NCBI RefSeq assembly: GCF_018350175.1
Contig: NC_058368.1
Location: 151,902,001 to 151,966,000 of the forward strand
Direction: 5' to 3'
Source: Felis catus
Lineage: Eukaryota
Length of the DNA stretch: 64,000 bases
Shown here in pieces: positions 22,436 through 35,375 of the stretch. A program made the position numbers and the translations under genes. The number at the start of each line of letters is the position of its first letter. Position 1 is the stretch's first letter. Under the pieces are notes generated by a model. The model did not search any database, had not been told where the DNA came from, and saw only the letters and a list, made by a program, of their open reading frames with translations.

Positions 22436-25400
22436 ATCTGCTTTTTTCAACATTTGAGCACCATCTAGATGTTCTGTAGAGTGCAATCACTCAACCTGTA
22501 AATATTGCAATATTTACCCTCAAAACTAACACAAAAAGTTAATATTAGCATTTCCATGATCATAAATTTTGCCACTCCACAATGTGTCACCCATGTACTG
22601 AACAGAATGGAACCCTAAGAAAGAGCTCTGAAAGCATAATGGAAAGATGTAAAATAAGACTCTCAGTTAGAATTAAGTATTTTCAGGTCCATGGAAATTA
22701 AATAGGACATAACTTGGTTAGTAAAAGAACTTTGTGTCACATTGTATTTTTTAACTATTCTCTTTCTCACCTTTTTCTACTCCCCCTTTCGAGCCCCTCA
22801 TATACTTATTATTATAGTTACTCATCTGTTTTCTTTTCTCTAACCATTATATTCCCTTAAAGTTTGACTTATCACCTTAGCCCACATTATCATTCTAAGT
22901 ATTTATCAAAGAATTATCTCAAACTAAGAGGAACCAAACCATGATAAACTCGTGTTATCTCTTCCCCAGAGGAATCTTGGTGCCAACTGTCAAGATTGTT
23001 TGAAAGTGTGCTACAGGTGTAATCTCTGAACCCTCCTCAGCCACACTCCTGAGCATGTGTTATCTGGAGACGGTGTTCTGGACTCTGTAAATTGAAATGG
23101 AACCAAGCATGACCCCCCAGTGTCAAGCAGGGTGGTATTGTCAGCCCCTGATGGTTTCCTGTTGCCTGACTCTTCTCTCCAAAAGTGGGGCATCTGTCCC
23201 TTTCACTGGGTTCTCATCATGGCAGTTTGTATTCTACTTACTCTTACTTTCAGGTAGAGATCTATTTTCTATTAATGGCTGTGCAACCTTATTCCTACCT
23301 TTTAAGCAAATCCCCAGTACAAAACTCTTCCAGGGTAGGAGAGAGTCATTTGATTGGGATGAGAAAAACGACTTACTTTAAGAAAACAAAAAGCTGTTTT
23401 CTTCACTTGCTTTCTCTATCAAGAATGGGAAATTATGATGTAAAAAAAAAACAGCAAAAGCTTGTTTTTAGTGCATTTCATGCTATTTCTGAGTTTGTGA
23501 GCTCTCAGCAGCCTTCCGTGGTGTCAACCCATTATATACCTTTAAAAAAAAAAACTGCCTCCATTAAACTTTAAGCTGTCAAGGATTACAACGAAAAGAT
23601 GCAATTTTTTTCACTGCAGGAAAGGTCTGATTTAGTAACAAGCTATAAGCTAATAGAGCAGCAGAATCCACATATAATGTTACATTGAGAGGGGAAAAAA
23701 CATGCTGCTTTTTTGTGTGCTTCAACCTTTTTTTTTTAATTAAAAAAAAAAAAAAACGTACAGTCCACTTAGTTTTCAAATACAATAGAGACTAGCAAGG
23801 GTGTTCCTTTTACATCTGTGGCTACAAATCTTGGTGTGCAAGTGCATACAGACATGTGGTGGCCTATGCAGCTTCTATAATGGAAGGGCACCACTGAGGC
23901 AAATAAAATGTTAGTCCACATTGCTGTCTAGCCTACATGTTTAACATTGATTTAATTAGTCATTTAATTCCAAACACCCTTGTTATCTACTTGTTTGAAA
24001 AGGCTATTTACTTTCACCACAATGCATATATTAAAACAAGTGACTGAATAGAAAGCCAGGCTTGTGGCCTGGTGCTTTCTCAGTGCAGAAACCCTACCTT
24101 CCTCCCCCATGTTAGCTACAGCATCACAATGTCAAACATTCTGCACACATTCCCTAAGGAATCTGCAAGGCTAATTAGGGTGAGCTTCACCATAAAGAAT
24201 ACAGTTGTTAAAACAGCTTCTGTACACACTAGAGTAATGAGCATTCTTTACACACGCTGTGATTTGTTACTGCAATTTGCAGTCATATATCTCTTAGGAA
24301 ATAACTCATGTGTTGTTATTTATTGCATGTATGATTATTAATGATATATTAACAACTGTTGAAAGCAACTTATTTCACCTCAATAACTCATGTACTTAGC
24401 TCAATGTTTAAAGGGCCAGGGAGGCATCAGTTTTTTCCAGAAAACTATGCCTTTTGTGTTTGTGTTTTGTTTTTCTCTAGGATAGTGAAGAACATGTCCA
24501 AAGTCTGATAAATTAAAAAAAAAAAAAAAGTGTTATTTAACTCTCCTTAGGAAAGCTTTTATCATGGTTATGGGAGAGTATATTTTTAAGGCTGGACTGT
24601 TTAAAGTCTTTTGAATCTTTCAATAATTCAGATCACCCCTATAATCAAATGTCTGATATCAAAAATACAACTGAAATATCATGTGCCAATTATCAGTGAC
24701 TTGAATAAAGACAACATCATGTACAGAGCTATACTGTTTTTATTAATTCTACTAGAAACAATATTTTGCTTCTTCAAACTCAATCCAAATATAGTTACTG
24801 AAATACTTCACTTCAAAATGCTGTGTTGGTAGTTTATCTTGTATAAAATATACAAGAGAGGTTAAGCTACTGACTTAAATATTATGTGTGAGACATCGCA
24901 CCATTCGGCATTGATGAAAACTGAACTCCTTACTGCTTCACCTTCAGCACTGACAGATTTTTACCAATTAACTACTACCCAAATGTCTTCTGATAATTGG
25001 AACATAGAAGCAAAAGAGCTTTTGTTTCAGAAATTAGAAATCTAGCATGAGACCCAAACTTTCATGACTAAATGAGCCACTGTGTGGAATGATTTCAGGG
25101 TCTCAAACCTTTGTTTGGCTTACCTGAAATCATGAATGCTGTGTGCTTGCATCCCTGCAGGCTTCTCTTCCAAAGATATAAACTGCATTACTAGTGTGGC
25201 ACATTTCCAGACACACAAAAGATTCTGCCTTTTGAAATATTCAGAGATCAGAAGAAAGTAGTGCACTGTACTCGAGTTCATTACCAAACACTCAGATAAG
25301 GTCATAGATCTACATGATATTAGAGACAAATGAACAAATTAAATTTGATGATCAGAAAGGATGATTGTTGACACAAAATGATGCCACATGTTAAGACAGC

Positions 25401-28090
25401 ACCTTAGGTTGCTCATTATTGAAGTTTATAAAATCATTTCTCCCAAGTATTCATTTCATGAAGGTTTTTGTGCTCTTGGGCAACAGAGTTTTGCAAAGAA
25501 CACTGTCAGAACTGTGAAAAAGATATTAAATACTGCCTTCTTTGAACTATTATCCGTTGCCTGGTTTTGTGTGTGTGTCCATGTAGGTGTTTTCAAATGG
25601 GTCGCATTAAAAAGCCAATTGAAGGCGTTCAGTTCTCCAAGGAAGAGTATAATGCTAGAGGTCTGAGGCAGCAAACAGTTTAACAATAAACAAGCAAAGA
25701 AACAAGCAGATCAACAAGAAATGGGGGTGGGTATCCAGAACAATCTTGTTAGAAAGACTTGGGGACAGGACTTGAAGGAATGCAACACATCTGCATATCT
25801 AAGGAGAATGATAACAACATCAGAGGAAACAAGTGAATATCAGGATTGAAAAGGCTGCAGAAGTTTGCAAGCAGATGTCAAAAAGCATACAAGAAAATGT
25901 CAAGAAAAGTATAACAAGCAGCTAAAACTGGTTGCAGAGATTAGGGTGCTAAATATATGCATGATGAGAACACTACTCTATGGCTTACAGACCCAAGAGC
26001 TGCTTCACAAGCAAGAAGGGGATAAAAGAGCTTCATAAATAATTTCTGCAAATAAAATTGGGGTCGGAATGTAAACAAATGTAGAAAGAAAATAAAGCTC
26101 TGCCTGGAACTTGCCTCCAGATTCCCTGTGCCAGGCCACTTCACCAGATGATGAGAGAATGACCTTTTATTAAAGGGAAATTGTAAAATGCGCTAAGTCT
26201 AAAAGGGAAATATAGAGAGAAGTCCAGAGGTAATTATTATAATCTCTAACTTTCAGAAGCCTGCTTTATGAAATGGTACAAATAGGAATCTGAATTGCCG
26301 AATTGCAGATGTCTTCATTGCAAAACCTTAGAGTGGAATTATGTTTCCAAAACCCAACTGAAGGGATTCTTGTTTCATGTAATTTGGGGTATAACTCTTC
26401 CAATTCCAAAATGATTTTCAAGTTTGCTCTCATCAGGTATGAATAATTTACAGACAACAAGGTACCTGATCCACTAGGCAAAATCAATAAGGTTTGTAAG
26501 CACAATGCCATTGGAACATTATCTTAATTTTTAGCTTAAACCTTTATCTTTACTGGGAACCAAATGACAGCGCAAAACCCTTCCCTCTTTAGAACATGAC
26601 TAAAAGAGTTCATCATTCCCCAGTAGTAAGTACTGCTATACCAAGCTTTATGCCTAAGCTCGGTGAGACTAGTGAGACATTACTTATGGAAGGAAAATAA
26701 ATAAATAAACAAACAAACAAACCTACAAGCTGATGGTGCCACACACTCTACATGTTGGTTTCTCTTTCAAGGACAAACCACATCTGAAGAGACCAGAAAC
26801 CCTAACAAAATCATCTTAAACACTCTGTAACTTAGCTTCTGTGCAAGCTTCCTCTAAAGACAGTCTTGGGCACCAAAAGTGGAATGAAATAAATTTTCAA
26901 TAAATATTTGTTGACGTGAATTCGCTATATATTTGAATGCTTTGGGTCTTTCCTTTCCTAGTAGTTATACTTGGTCCTGGTCTTCTCAGCTCCAGGGTTA
27001 ATTACTAAATGTGGTCCTTAATCAGACATTTCTAAAAGATTCCTTTTCTCAACTGTCTTTACCAGTTTTAAAAAAGGCATAGCACCTTCTTGTCATAGAG
27101 GTATCACTTGTTTGAAAAAAAGGAAAAAAAAAAGGATTACTTGTAGTCACTGGGACAATGATCATCTGGCCATCTCGTTTCCTCTGAATACGTTTTATCC
27201 ATAACATTGCCTTTTGTGTATTCTTTATGCATACCAGAACCAGATGAGAAATTTAATTTTTATAAGGCTACAGACTTTTTAGGAACTAGTAGCTACTGTG
27301 ACTGACTTAACGAATTCAACTGAATTAGAATCAGTGAAAATACGGTAGATGATGGATAATAGATAGATGGATTAAAAGATACATACATACATAGTTACAT
27401 ACATAACATATGAAGTTTTAGCAGTTGAAAAGCTAATCACATGGAGCCATTATGTTATATTACAACCCACAGGACATGAGAGAAAACTAACCCAAAGTGA
27501 AATTGCTACATGCTTCCCCCAGAGAACAGCCTGGGAAACTCCTCTTTACTACCACCCACTTATCAAGGATATACTTGATGGAAAGAGTTAAGAAAAAAAA
27601 TCAGAAGCAAATGGGGGAATGAGGAAGTTAAAAGAAACTGACTCTATACAGCTAAAATTTCACTCAGACAGGACCATTCTTGGAAGTCTGGTTACCGTAA
27701 GGCAATAGCTCAAAAACCCACTGCTTTGAGCATGTAAGTAACCTCTAGTGGTAGTAGCCAAAGTTACAAAATCAACATCACCTCATATTTATTTTTAAAC
27801 ATAATTCAATAAAAGTAACACACATACACAACATCAAAATCAACTTGGATCCATACCATAAAAATAAAAATACAATTTTCATCCCATTCCCACCCGTGAT
27901 CTCGAGTCTATACTGGCTTAATCAAACCAGCTTCCTCTGGTTGAAGGAGAGGAAGGGTGAAGAACCACATATTAGTATTTCCCTCAAGATGCATTTCTTT
28001 CTAAACAAGAATGCTTTATGGTTGTAAACATCATTGATCATTATCATCTGGCATCTGATTACCTACTCTCTGCCTTCTGTTTCTATATTA

Positions 28091-28193
28091 TCCTACCCGT
28101 ACAGTGTGCTTCTACTTCTCAGCTTTTAATAAACAGTTCTACCTGTCCTACCTGTACAGTGTGCTTCTACTTCTCAGCTTTAATAAACAGTTC
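28091..28193. repeat. Local tandem duplication of a ~49-bp unit
   Basis: Copies at 28091-28139 and 28146-28193 differ by one substitution and one T, separated by tacctg. Confidence 0.93.
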
Positions 28194-28374
28194 CATACTA
28201 GTAATTCTTAAACATGTATCTTCAACTCTGTACTTATTTCCCAATCTCAGCTGTCTCTAACTTGGGACAGTCTGCCAACACTGTAACCAATTCAGTGTAG
28301 TCACTGTATTCAACACTGAATTACAGTGTAATTCAACACTGTAGTCAATTCATAATACTTTCTATTGCTACAAA

Positions 28375-28510
28375 ACACATAATATTTAAGATATTAAGTA
28401 AATCATACGGTATATTAGAAGGTGATAACTGACATAAAAAAATTAAGCAGGGAAAGGGAAAAGGTATTATCAGGGAGAAGGGTAACAATTATTATAGAAG
28501 AACCTCCTTA
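28375..28510 (-). mobile_element. L2 fragment
   Basis: aagtaaatcatacggtatattagaaggtgataac...aagcagggaaaggg resembles antisense L2a. Confidence 0.6.
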
Positions 28511-29239
28511 ATTACTCCTTGTTTTTATTTATTTACTGATTCCCTTCCACTTAAACTCCTCACTTATTCAAATTCAACCTCTCAAATACTCAAGACTCTT
28601 TTCAGCACCTTTATCATAAAAAACACCTTTAGAAACATTTTCATTGCATCAATCTTCTCAAAATTCTCAATGCCTCCAGTGAAGTATGGAATTAAGTCCA
28701 ATTTATCCTATGCATTAAAACAATTTCTCTAAACATGTTCTCTAACCCATCCTCATTATAAACTCTAGAACAGAAGTGATTGAGCATCTACTAGGCATCA
28801 GGGGTTATGTTGTATACTGGAGAACTGTAAAGATCAGGAAACATTCTACATCAAGGAGTTCAAAATCTGGTAAAGACCAACAGCAGAAAACAAATACCCC
28901 AAAGCAACCACCCTTAATCTTTAATTCTAAACTTTGTTCATAGTTTTTTCCTTCTCTGAAACGCCATTCTGAGCTTAAGCCTATTCCAATCTTACCCATC
29001 TCTCACAGCTCATTTGCAAACACTCCCATCCTCCTTCTTGCAAGGACACATTAACTATTAGGTTATATTTAAAACTCCTATAGAATTAGTCATAGATAAA
29101 GTTAATTTGTACACTTATGCCAATGTTAAAATTTGCCTCCTAAAAAACTGCTTCTTCACCTTCTATACTAATAGATACTAATTTTATTCCAAAAGGAAAA
29201 ATGTACACCTAATAAAAAATTATATTTCCTAACCTGCCA

Positions 29240-29610
29240 TGCAGACGGTGGCAACCCATAAGACCTTAGTAAGAATAAGGACTGTGGTGAGGCTTTCAGG
29301 GGCATTCTTTAAAGAAGCTTGACTCAGGTGGACATTTTTCTGTTTTGCCCTGTCCCCACATTCTCATTCTCCTTGCCTTGAATACCGACATGAAGGCTAG
29401 AAATCCCTAAGTCATGGAATGACTTTTGAGATTGGCAACAATGTGCTAACCACTGAGGAGAAAGAGTGGAGATCCTAGATCTGATCATTGTGCGGCTGCC
29501 ACAGCAACTCCCGACAAATACCAAAACAAAAGTAAAATACTCATTAGCCTAACCCATTGTGGTTTCATTGGAGTGGGGAAGATACAAATTTGAATTCCTT
29601 TACCCAAACA
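29240..29610 (+). mobile_element. MaLR solo-LTR remnant (MLT1J/K-like)
   Basis: ctccttgccttgaataccgacatgaaggctagaa...gagatcctagatctgatcattgtgcggctgccacagcaactcc resembles the MLT1 LTR consensus. Confidence 0.6.
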
Positions 29611-29624
29611 CAATTTCTGCGTTT

Positions 29625-30147
29625 AGCTTTGAATTCAGTAATTCACAAAACATTTATCACATATTTATAGATTTATTATATAAATGTACCAGACATTTTG
29701 CAATGTACTGATGACACAAAGACAAATGAGAAATGGTCTTTGCCTTCCAAGAGCTCCCAAATGCAATAAGAAAGATAAACAAGAAAAAACAATTAGTACA
29801 ATGCAATGGATTAAAGCACTATGGTAGAGTCAACTCTCCACGGGTTATGAGAGCATTTGGGAAGAACATCAAAGGAAACTCCCCTGAGGAAGTGACACCT
29901 GAGTCAAGTCTTAAAGGCATGAGTTACCTAGACAGGAGTAAAAGGGGGGACAGCGATATGAGGCTGAATAGGAATGCAGAGGTAACATTATAAAATGCTT
30001 TCTATGCCATGCTCAGGTATTCAGGGTTTTATCTGCAGGTGATTAGAAAATATTGAAGGATTTTCAAAAGGGAAGACACAATCAGACATATTTTGGACTC
30101 AACCAGCTAGGAATTATTTGGAGAGAAATTTGAAAAGAAGTTCAACT
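29625..30147 (-). mobile_element. L2, left part (interrupted by L1)
   Basis: aaacatttat...aaatggtctttgccttccaagagctc...cctgaggaagtgacacctgag...atgccatgctcagg...gaaggattttc. Confidence 0.75.
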
Positions 30148-30157
30148 GAAATGTCAC

Positions 30158-31864
30158 AGCAGGAAAGAATATCCAATGGAAAAAAGAGTCTCTTCAGCAA
30201 ATAGTGTTGGGAAAACTGGACAGCGACATGCAGAAAAATGAACCTGGACCACTTTCTTACACCATACACAAAAATAAACTCAAAATGGATGAAAGGCCTA
30301 AATATAAGACAGGAAACCATAAAAATCCTAGAGGAGAACACAGGCAACAACCTCTTTGGCCTCAGAAACAGCAACTTCTTACTAGACATGTCTCCAGAGA
30401 CAAAGGAAACAAAAGCAAAAAAGAACTATTGGGACCTGAACAAGATTAAAAGCTTCTGCACAGTGAAGGAAACAACCAGCAAAACTAAAAGGCAATCAAT
30501 GAAATGCGAGATTATATTTGCAAGTGGCAAATCCAAGGAAGGGTTAGTACCAAAAATCTATAAAGAACTTATCAAACTCAATACCCAAAAAACAAATAAT
30601 TCATTGAAGAAATAAGCAGAAGACATAAAGAGACACTTTTCCAATGAAGACAGCCAAATGGTTAACAGACACATGCAAAGATGCTTAACATTAGTCATCA
30701 TCAGGGAAATACAAATCAAAACCACAATGAGATACCACCTCACACCTGTCAGAATGGCTACAAGGAACAACTTAGACAACAACTGATTTTGTTAAAGATG
30801 TGGAGAAAGGGGAACACTTCAGCATTGTTGGTAGGAATGCAAACTGGTGCAGTCACCCTGGAAAACAGTATGGATGTTCCTCATAAAACTAAAAATAGAG
30901 CTACCCTATGACCCAGCAATTGGGTCATACTAGGTATTTATCCAAATACTAGGTATTTATCCAAAGGATACAAAAATACTGATTTGAAGGGGAATATGTA
31001 TCACAATATTTATAGTAGTGCTACTGACAATAGTCAAATTATGGAAAGAGCCCAAATGTCCACTGACTGATGAATAAAGAAGATGGGGTGTGTGTGTGTG
31101 TATGTGTGTGTGTGTATATATATGTATATATATATATATATACATATATATACACGTATATACACGTATATACACACGTATATATACGTACGTACGTATA
31201 TATACGTATATATACGTATATACACGTATATACGTATATATACGTATATATATATACGTATATATACATATACGTATATATATATACGTATATATATACA
31301 TATATATACGTATATATACATATATACACGTATATATATATATATATATATATACACACTCACACACACCCCATCTTCTTTATTCATCAGTACATATACA
31401 TTCATATATGTATATACATATATGTATACATATATACACACATACACACACACAATATTACTCGGTGATCAACAAGTATGAAAGCTTGTCATTTGCAACA
31501 ATATGGGTGGAACTAGAGTGTATTATACTAAGTGAAAAAAGTCAGCCAGAGAAAGACAAATATAATTTCATTCATATGTAGAATTTAAGAAACAAAACTG
31601 ATGAACATAGGGAAGGGAAAGAAAAAGAAGATAAAAATCGAGGGAGGTAAACTATAAGAGACTCATAAATACAGAGAACAAACTGAGGGTTACTGAAGGG
31701 GTGTTGTGAAGGGGGGGATGGACTAAATAGGTGATGGGTGTTAAGGGGGGACACTTGTTGGGATGAGCACTGGGTGTTATATGTAAGTAACGAATTACTA
31801 GATTCTATTCTTGAAACCATTATTACACTATATGCTAACTAACTTGGATTTAAATTAAAAAAAA
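30158..31864 (+). mobile_element. 5'-truncated carnivore/felid L1 (ORF2 3' part and 3'UTR)
   Basis: ORF 30238-30615 MNLDHFLTPYTKINSKWMKGLNIRQETIKILEEN...IKSFCTVKE is L1 ORF2. 3'UTR with G-rich tract and A tail. Candidate TSD gaaatgtcac 30148-30157 / 31901-31910. Confidence 0.96.
31088..31455. repeat. Complex (TG)/(TA)/(TATACG)/(CA) alternating purine-pyrimidine microsatellite inside L1
   Basis: Direct reading. It is the source of the YI-repeat ORFs in all six frames. Confidence 0.97.
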
Positions 31865-31910
31865 TAGATTGGTGGATTGATCAACTGAAAGGATAAAAAA
31901 GAAATGTCAC

Positions 31911-32560
31911 TGGAGAGTTTTTTGACAGTACTGCAGGAGGGAATCATTATGGAAGAATGAAGGGGTAGTAGGTAGAGTCAGGTATGATTCAGGGTTACAG
32001 TTTCTGAGAGAATAGAAATAGCACCAAATAAGAATAAGAAGACAAGAAGAGGAGCAGGTTTATTGAAGGTGGTAAGAAAACTCTTGAAATGGCATAAGAT
32101 AACCAAGGGGATATTTATTTTAGGTAGTTATATATAAATGTCTGAGTTCAGATTAGAGGTTTAGGCTGAATTTCAGAATCATCAATATCTATGTGGATAA
32201 AGCCATGGGTACAGGTGAAATCACCCAGAGGAGGAAGAGTTACAGGACTAAACTTCTGGGAAGCATCACCATGTAACAGGCCAGCTAAAGACAAAAAGGC
32301 CATGGAAGGGACTGAGAATGTCCAGAGAAGTGAAGTTAAAATCAGGAGAATAGCAAATCCAACACCAGCAAAGGAAAGTTTCAAAATGTGGGAAGAGGTC
32401 AAATGTGACAGATCAGTTCAATGTTGTAATGCTCAAAGTTTTTAAAAAGTACTTTAGAAAGTACATAATATTTGGCTACAAATGCAGATAGAGCTGTTTG
32501 AATGAACATGTGGGGAAGGACCCAAATTAAAGTAGGTTAAATAACAAATGAGAGATCAAA
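31911..32560 (-). mobile_element. L2, right part
   Basis: aagaagaggagcaggttt...gtagttatatataaatgtctgagttcaga...aagccatggg...ggaaagtttcaaaa. Confidence 0.7.
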
Positions 32561-35375
32561 CTACAATAAATTATTCTGTATATCATATCCTTTGTCCTCA
32601 AACTATAAGTTTCTAGAAGGCACTTTTTACATTTCTTTTCTACCCTATTTATGTCCCATTATATATATGTGAGTGTGTGTGTGTGTGTGTATGCATATAT
32701 ACTTATACATTGTGCACAGATATGCATCTATTGTGAGTATATATTTATATGTAAATGTATGAGCATATGTGTAGTTGTATGTTCAGCCTGTATACGGAAT
32801 AGTGGCTGCAGAAGTACCAAAGACTAAGGTTGACTTAATGAGTTTACAAATGAAGTTCCTGGGCCTCCAAGTCCACTTGGGCAGTAGTGACACTTCATCC
32901 CCTTCTTGCTGTATCTCCTAAGCAATATCGAACCTGTTTTTGTCATAGTCTTATATGTACACCAAGTATGTAGCCTGAATTTTCTATCTGCTACAATGTG
33001 TTTTACTCTTCCATACCTACATTTTCTTTCCTCCTCTGCTCAGATCATGAGCAGCCTGCCTTCAACAGCTGGCATTTATAGAGCTCTAAGTTTCCATAAC
33101 TTCTCCAGGAGCTCTGCATGCATAAGCATGCCAAATCAAGCCCTTAAGCCATTCTGCAAATAATTTCTACAGTAAATTTCACTTGTAATGACCTGAAGTT
33201 GAGTTTGTATCCTGTAGGAAAAGCTCTATCTTCTCACAGAACTCACAAGCTCTCTCCGTGAAATGCTAAACTCAAATTTACTAGTATAATTAGTATACAT
33301 ATGGAATTTATGGCACAAAAGTGTAACTGATTAAAACAAACTGAATCACTTTAAAGCAGCACTAAAGCACAAACATACTTTTGTTTTGAAAACCTCTTCT
33401 TCTTACCGTGTCTTCGGGTTTAGAGCTCCCTCTAACCACAATATGGTATGTTTGGGGCTTCTATTATCTGTTTTGGCATTTCACACATGGAACACCTGCA
33501 TGAGATAGGTTCCTTGACTGTACAAACAGCTTGCAGGATAAGAATTTATTATTGAATGAGTCTTATTCATGCTGTTTAAATGAAAGGAGGAGCTCCACTA
33601 ATGGTTTCTTCAGTTTAGTAACTGGAATATTTTATAGTTTCATCTAACTTTTATTTTCCCCCATCTGCTTAAGTGGCTTTATTCCTCTCGAGTTGAAAAT
33701 TTCAAGGCTCTTTACTAATAGTATGTTAAAATGTATTGGTGCACTTTTTTTTTCCTGCCACCTTTGTTTCTAGCAGTCTGTCTTTGTTCTTCTCAGAGGC
33801 CTTTTATAAACCTTTCCTTTTACCTTTTTCTCCCCACAATTATTCTCTAGTCAAAATAGAACAGTTTCAGAGACTCAATGCAGTCACAAAGGAGGAAGAG
33901 TCGGAAGAATGAGGATTAAAGGGGAGGCTGGAGAAGCAATCACTTTGCAAGGAAATGTAGTCTCTACAGCCTCCCTCACTGGAGTTTCGTAAAATGTGGA
34001 GTCAGTAACACTCCAAAGTTTCATCCCTCTGAATTCCTCCCCACTGGTCTGCCCAAGGACCACCAAGTGTTCATGCTCCTTCCTCGACGTTCTATGTTCT
34101 TCACTCTGTGAATCACAAACTCCATGGTATCTTGCTTTCTTAGAGAAGCAGGAAACTGAAAGCATCCATCCCGGCTGTATGTGTTTCCTCATACAAATCC
34201 AAGGAATGATGAGGAAGGAGAGCATTTTTTCTTCCCCTTAGAGCAGCTCCAATTCCTCTCACTAGAGTGAAAAGGAGTTGGCACTTGAAATCCATGGCAT
34301 GCTGGTTAAACCTCACATCTTGAATTTTTCTTCCATCACTTTCAATCCATAATGAGGGGTTACAGTGTTGGGAGGTTGGAGGTGGGAAAGATGGGAAGGT
34401 AGAAGACTTGATTTGTAACATGTGCCATCATCCACAGTGTAAATATTGCCACCATGGTCTATCTACTTCAGTCTAGCAGCACTTTATGAACTGGCACCCA
34501 CATTGTTTGTAAATTTAACAATTGTCTTTCATTAGTTAACAGCTAACTCCTGCATACTACTGCAAAAAGATCTCATACAAAAAAAAAAAAAACTTTGAGG
34601 ACTATTACACCCCTTCCACATTCTACCCTACTAATGACACACATTAGTGAAAGATCTACCCTTAAATCTTTCTCAGGGCCAGCTCTCCGCAAAGTTGTGA
34701 AATTGGTGGGACTTACCCTCACAGCCTTTTGTTTTGACTTTCCGTGTCCCTGACTTTTCATCACTTCACTGTCCCCAATGCCTAGCTGGTGTCCTGTGAT
34801 TTAGCAATCTTACAATACCCTCTCACTGCTATTAAAATGACTTGCCTTGCTTAGCATTCTGTCACTGATCTAACTTAAGTGAGCCAATAAACTCACAAAT
34901 GAGTTAATGGGCACTAAGTGTTAATGGAAATAACAGCTTGATTCTATATTCTTTCCTGTGTTATCTGCAATAGTAAGAGTGATGGTCTCAAAAGGATGCC
35001 CTAGCTCTGCAGCACTGTCAGGCACTAGGAAAGCCACAGAGCTGTTAATTTCATCATGTCACTTTTTAGATGTTACCTGGACATTCAGTCTAAGTTTCTC
35101 CAAAACTGGCACAGAAAACTTTCACATGAAGCAGTGTATTTTGCTCAGCCTTTCTTTCTGACTTCTCAGAGGTCTTTCATTCATGATCCCTCTAAAACCT
35201 TGATCAGAACCAACTCTTGTCTCTTTATTCCTCAACCTTTTCATTCCCCTCCATACCCGTGCTTCTTCAAAATACACGGAGTCCTGACCTTTGAGATTGT
35301 GCTAAAAATTTAACTCCTTCAAAGAGTTTTTCCCAACTCCTGTCCCACCATACCTCACCTTCACTCTGATGTCGC

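Noticed and set aside
23097..23574. Overlapping 94-aa and 129-aa ORFs
   Set aside because: No recognisable domain or splice context, and the composition reflects AT-rich non-coding DNA.
30238..30615. 125-aa ORF with clear protein homology
   Set aside because: Fragment of L1 ORF2 in a 5'-truncated element with stops, not a host gene.
30957..31581. Six long Y/I/T/V-rich ORFs of 106-163 aa
   Set aside because: They are translations of the stop-free alternating purine-pyrimidine microsatellite.
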